Assembly: GCF_009914755.1 (NCBI RefSeq)
Contig: NC_060926.1
Reading direction: 5' to 3' (one strand)
DNA from: the human T2T-CHM13v2.0 reference genome, Homo sapiens
DNA: 64,000 bases
Shown piece by piece: positions 61,765-64,000 of the stretch. Position numbers and translations under genes: made by a program. The notes under the pieces were generated by a model, which was given only the letters and a program-made list of their open reading frames with translations, ran no database searches and had not been told where the DNA came from. Position 1 is the first letter of the stretch; every line of letters starts with the position of its first letter.

Positions 61765-62310
61765 TTTAGCTGTCTATTGCTGCTTAACAAACTACCCCCA
61801 AATTCATTGGCTTCAAACAGCCATTGACTTTGCCTGCTATTTCACTGCTCAGAAATTTTGGATAGGCTCAGTTAGGGGGTTTTCTCTGCTTCACCTGGCA
61901 TCAACACGAGTGGCAGGAGCTGGAGGATTCATTTCCACAGTGACTTCTTAACTCGCATGGGTGGCACCTTGGTACTCCTTGGCTTCTGCATGACTCTGTA
62001 TTCTCCAGGGCCACTCTTTGTGGCTTGGACTTGTGGTAGTTTCAGACTAGTCATATCTTTCATATAGTGGTTGAATTCTAGGAGGCAGAAAATGGAAGCT
62101 GCTAAACCAGTAAAGGGCTATGCCCAGAATTAGAACATCAGTTCTGCCATAGTCTACTTGTCAAAGCAGTCAAAGGATCTGTATAGTTTAAAGGGTGTAG
62201 AAAGACTCCCCCATTTTTTGGGGCAAAAACCAGCAAGGCCACATAGCAGAAGAGCACATGGGAGGGGAGATATGGTTGTGGTCATTTTTGGAAAATAAAA
62301 TCTGCCATAA
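61765..62310 (-). mobile_element. MLT1-family LTR
   Basis: TCTATTGCTGCTTAACAAACTACCCCCAAA...CATTTTTGGAAAATAAAATCTGCCATA. Confidence 0.65.
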
Positions 62311-63359
62311 TTGGTACATGAACAATTTATTCACTAGACATCTGTTGGTCATCTGTGTGCCCACATGCTCTGGTAGAGGTTCAGATACAAAGTTGAAGGG
62401 ATACTGCCCTTAAGCACATACTGTATAGTAGGAAGTTAGCAAGTTACGTAAAAGAGACATTATATTGTATTTTTATGCGAATAAAATCTAGAACAGTGAA
62501 CTGCTGGAGCAAGTCAGTGAAGATATAATTTAACATTTATTAAAAAAATATGTTGCCTGAGTTACACAAATCTGCTTCAAAATAACAAACCCCAAAAATG
62601 ACCTAAGAAATAAAATGTATTCTGTTTTACTAAGGTAAAAGAGAATTATATCCTCATTTTTTTTTTGCTCTTCTTAAAAGAAATGTGTTTTTTTAAATTT
62701 TGCTTTATTTGTAATTACCCAAAATATTCTATATATTTAAATACTTAATTTAAATCTACTGAATTGCCTGTTAAGAAATAATTTTTAAAGAGCACTGTCG
62801 TCAATACTAAACTTTATCTTTTCTGATGTTTCTTACTAAGACTATGGGTACTTCATAAACATTGTTATTTTCAAGATTGATTTAATGTATGTAAACTAAA
62901 TTCCACTATTTATTCCTAAATTGGTAACAGTGCTATTTGAAAAATAGCTTTTTGCCTGTATCCTAGGTTATGTATTTAAAGTGCTGTTTGCATCACCAGA
63001 GTCCAGTTTATCTGTCCTCATATTAGGCATGTGTTATAGCTAGTATTTAACACATACTAGCTATATGTGTTATTTATATAACACATATATCCAAGTTTCT
63101 CTTAGGGGCTGGTAGATGTTGAATATAGATTAGTCCATTAAAAATACTTACATTACTTGAGAATGTACTTCAATTTTGTGGGTATATTTATTGTGATTGA
63201 ATGGGTAGGTTAAACTTTTTTTTGTTTTGATTTTGATTTAATATTAACCATTATCTTGTTGCCAAAAATTCTTCTAAATATACACTTGCAAATTACATAG
63301 TTATCTAACACATACTTGGACTGATGTAAGATTTACATTATTTGCAATGTCTTTCCTAG

Positions 63360-63438
63360 GTTTCAGAGGGAGTTCACACAAGGAGTAAAGCCTGACTGGA
63401 CCATTGCACGGATTGAACACTCAAAATTATTAGAATAA
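63360..63438 (+). CDS. MAIP1: MAIP1 exon 5, terminal coding part
   Basis: CTTTCCTAG|G; FQREFTQGVKPDWTIARIEHSKLLE-TAA; the five exons give 291 aa. Confidence 0.95.
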
Positions 63439-63719
63439 TTTTCTTGGAAAAATCAGCTTATGGACTTTAGCAGTTGCTGTGAAAAACTAAGGAAGAAAAA
63501 TTTTGGGGTCATTTGATCTTCACTTAATCTAAGTCTGTGAATTACTTTTATATTATTTTGAAATACTCCTTGCAGTATATTGGCATGATACAGTAAAAGC
63601 ATTTTCCACAGATTGTTATCACCTTCTTTAAAAGAAGTCAAAATTTAAAAAATACAATAGCACGTTGTTGGTGTCATATTCAATAACATTTCCAATGCTA
63701 CATATAATTTTATAGACAT

Positions 63720-63725
63720 AATAAA
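63720..63725 (+). terminator. MAIP1: Candidate MAIP1 poly(A) signal
   Basis: AATAAA ~280 nt after the stop, with T-rich sequence downstream. Confidence 0.65.
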
Positions 63726-63775
63726 GAAGGTATTGAAAAAACTACTTACAAATTTCTTTATATATTTTTTAAATT

Positions 63776-64000
63776 GTTTGAGAAACAGGGTCTTGCTCTG
63801 TCTCCCTGGATGAAGTCCAGTGGCATGATCATAGTTCACTGTAACGTCGAGCTCCTGGGCTTGAGCGATCCCCCTGCCTCAGCCTTCAGAGTAGCTGGGA
63901 CTACAGGCATCCACCAGCATGGCTGGCTAATTTTAAAAAATTTTTATAGAGATTTCACTATGTTGCCCAGCTGGTCTTGAACTCCTCAAGTGGTTCTGCC
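63776..64000 (-). mobile_element. AluJ element running to the window edge
   Basis: Diverged antisense Alu. Confidence 0.85.

Overview
Human (primate) genomic DNA, recognisable as the 2q33.1 cluster C2orf69 (+) > < TYW5 (-) < > MAIP1/C2orf47 (+). I rebuilt all three CDSs exon by exon from GT-AG boundaries: C2orf69 has 2 coding exons (385 aa), TYW5 has 8 (315 aa, JmjC H160-x-D162...H235) and MAIP1 has 5 (291 aa). All phases close and the lengths match the proteins as I recall them. TYW5 and MAIP1 share a CpG-rich bidirectional promoter with 328 bp between their ATGs; C2orf69 and TYW5 converge at their 3' ends. The rest is mostly interspersed repeats: a full-length 7SL retropseudogene, about 35 Alu/FLAM/FAM copies, a full-length THE1 MaLR provirus with TSDs, MST/MLT LTRs, L1/L2/MIR fragments and DNA-transposon relics. 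I see no new multi-gene system. The most unusual unexplained features are structural: a ~600-bp PATRR-like palindrome in C2orf69 intron 1, and a perfect 34-bp fold-back hairpin inside a cluster of micro-rearrangements in TYW5 intron 7. A leaky-scanning M33 start and a GFSKG hydrolase motif in C2orf69 also merit checking. Repeat subfamily names are from memory of consensus sequences and repeat boundaries are approximate.
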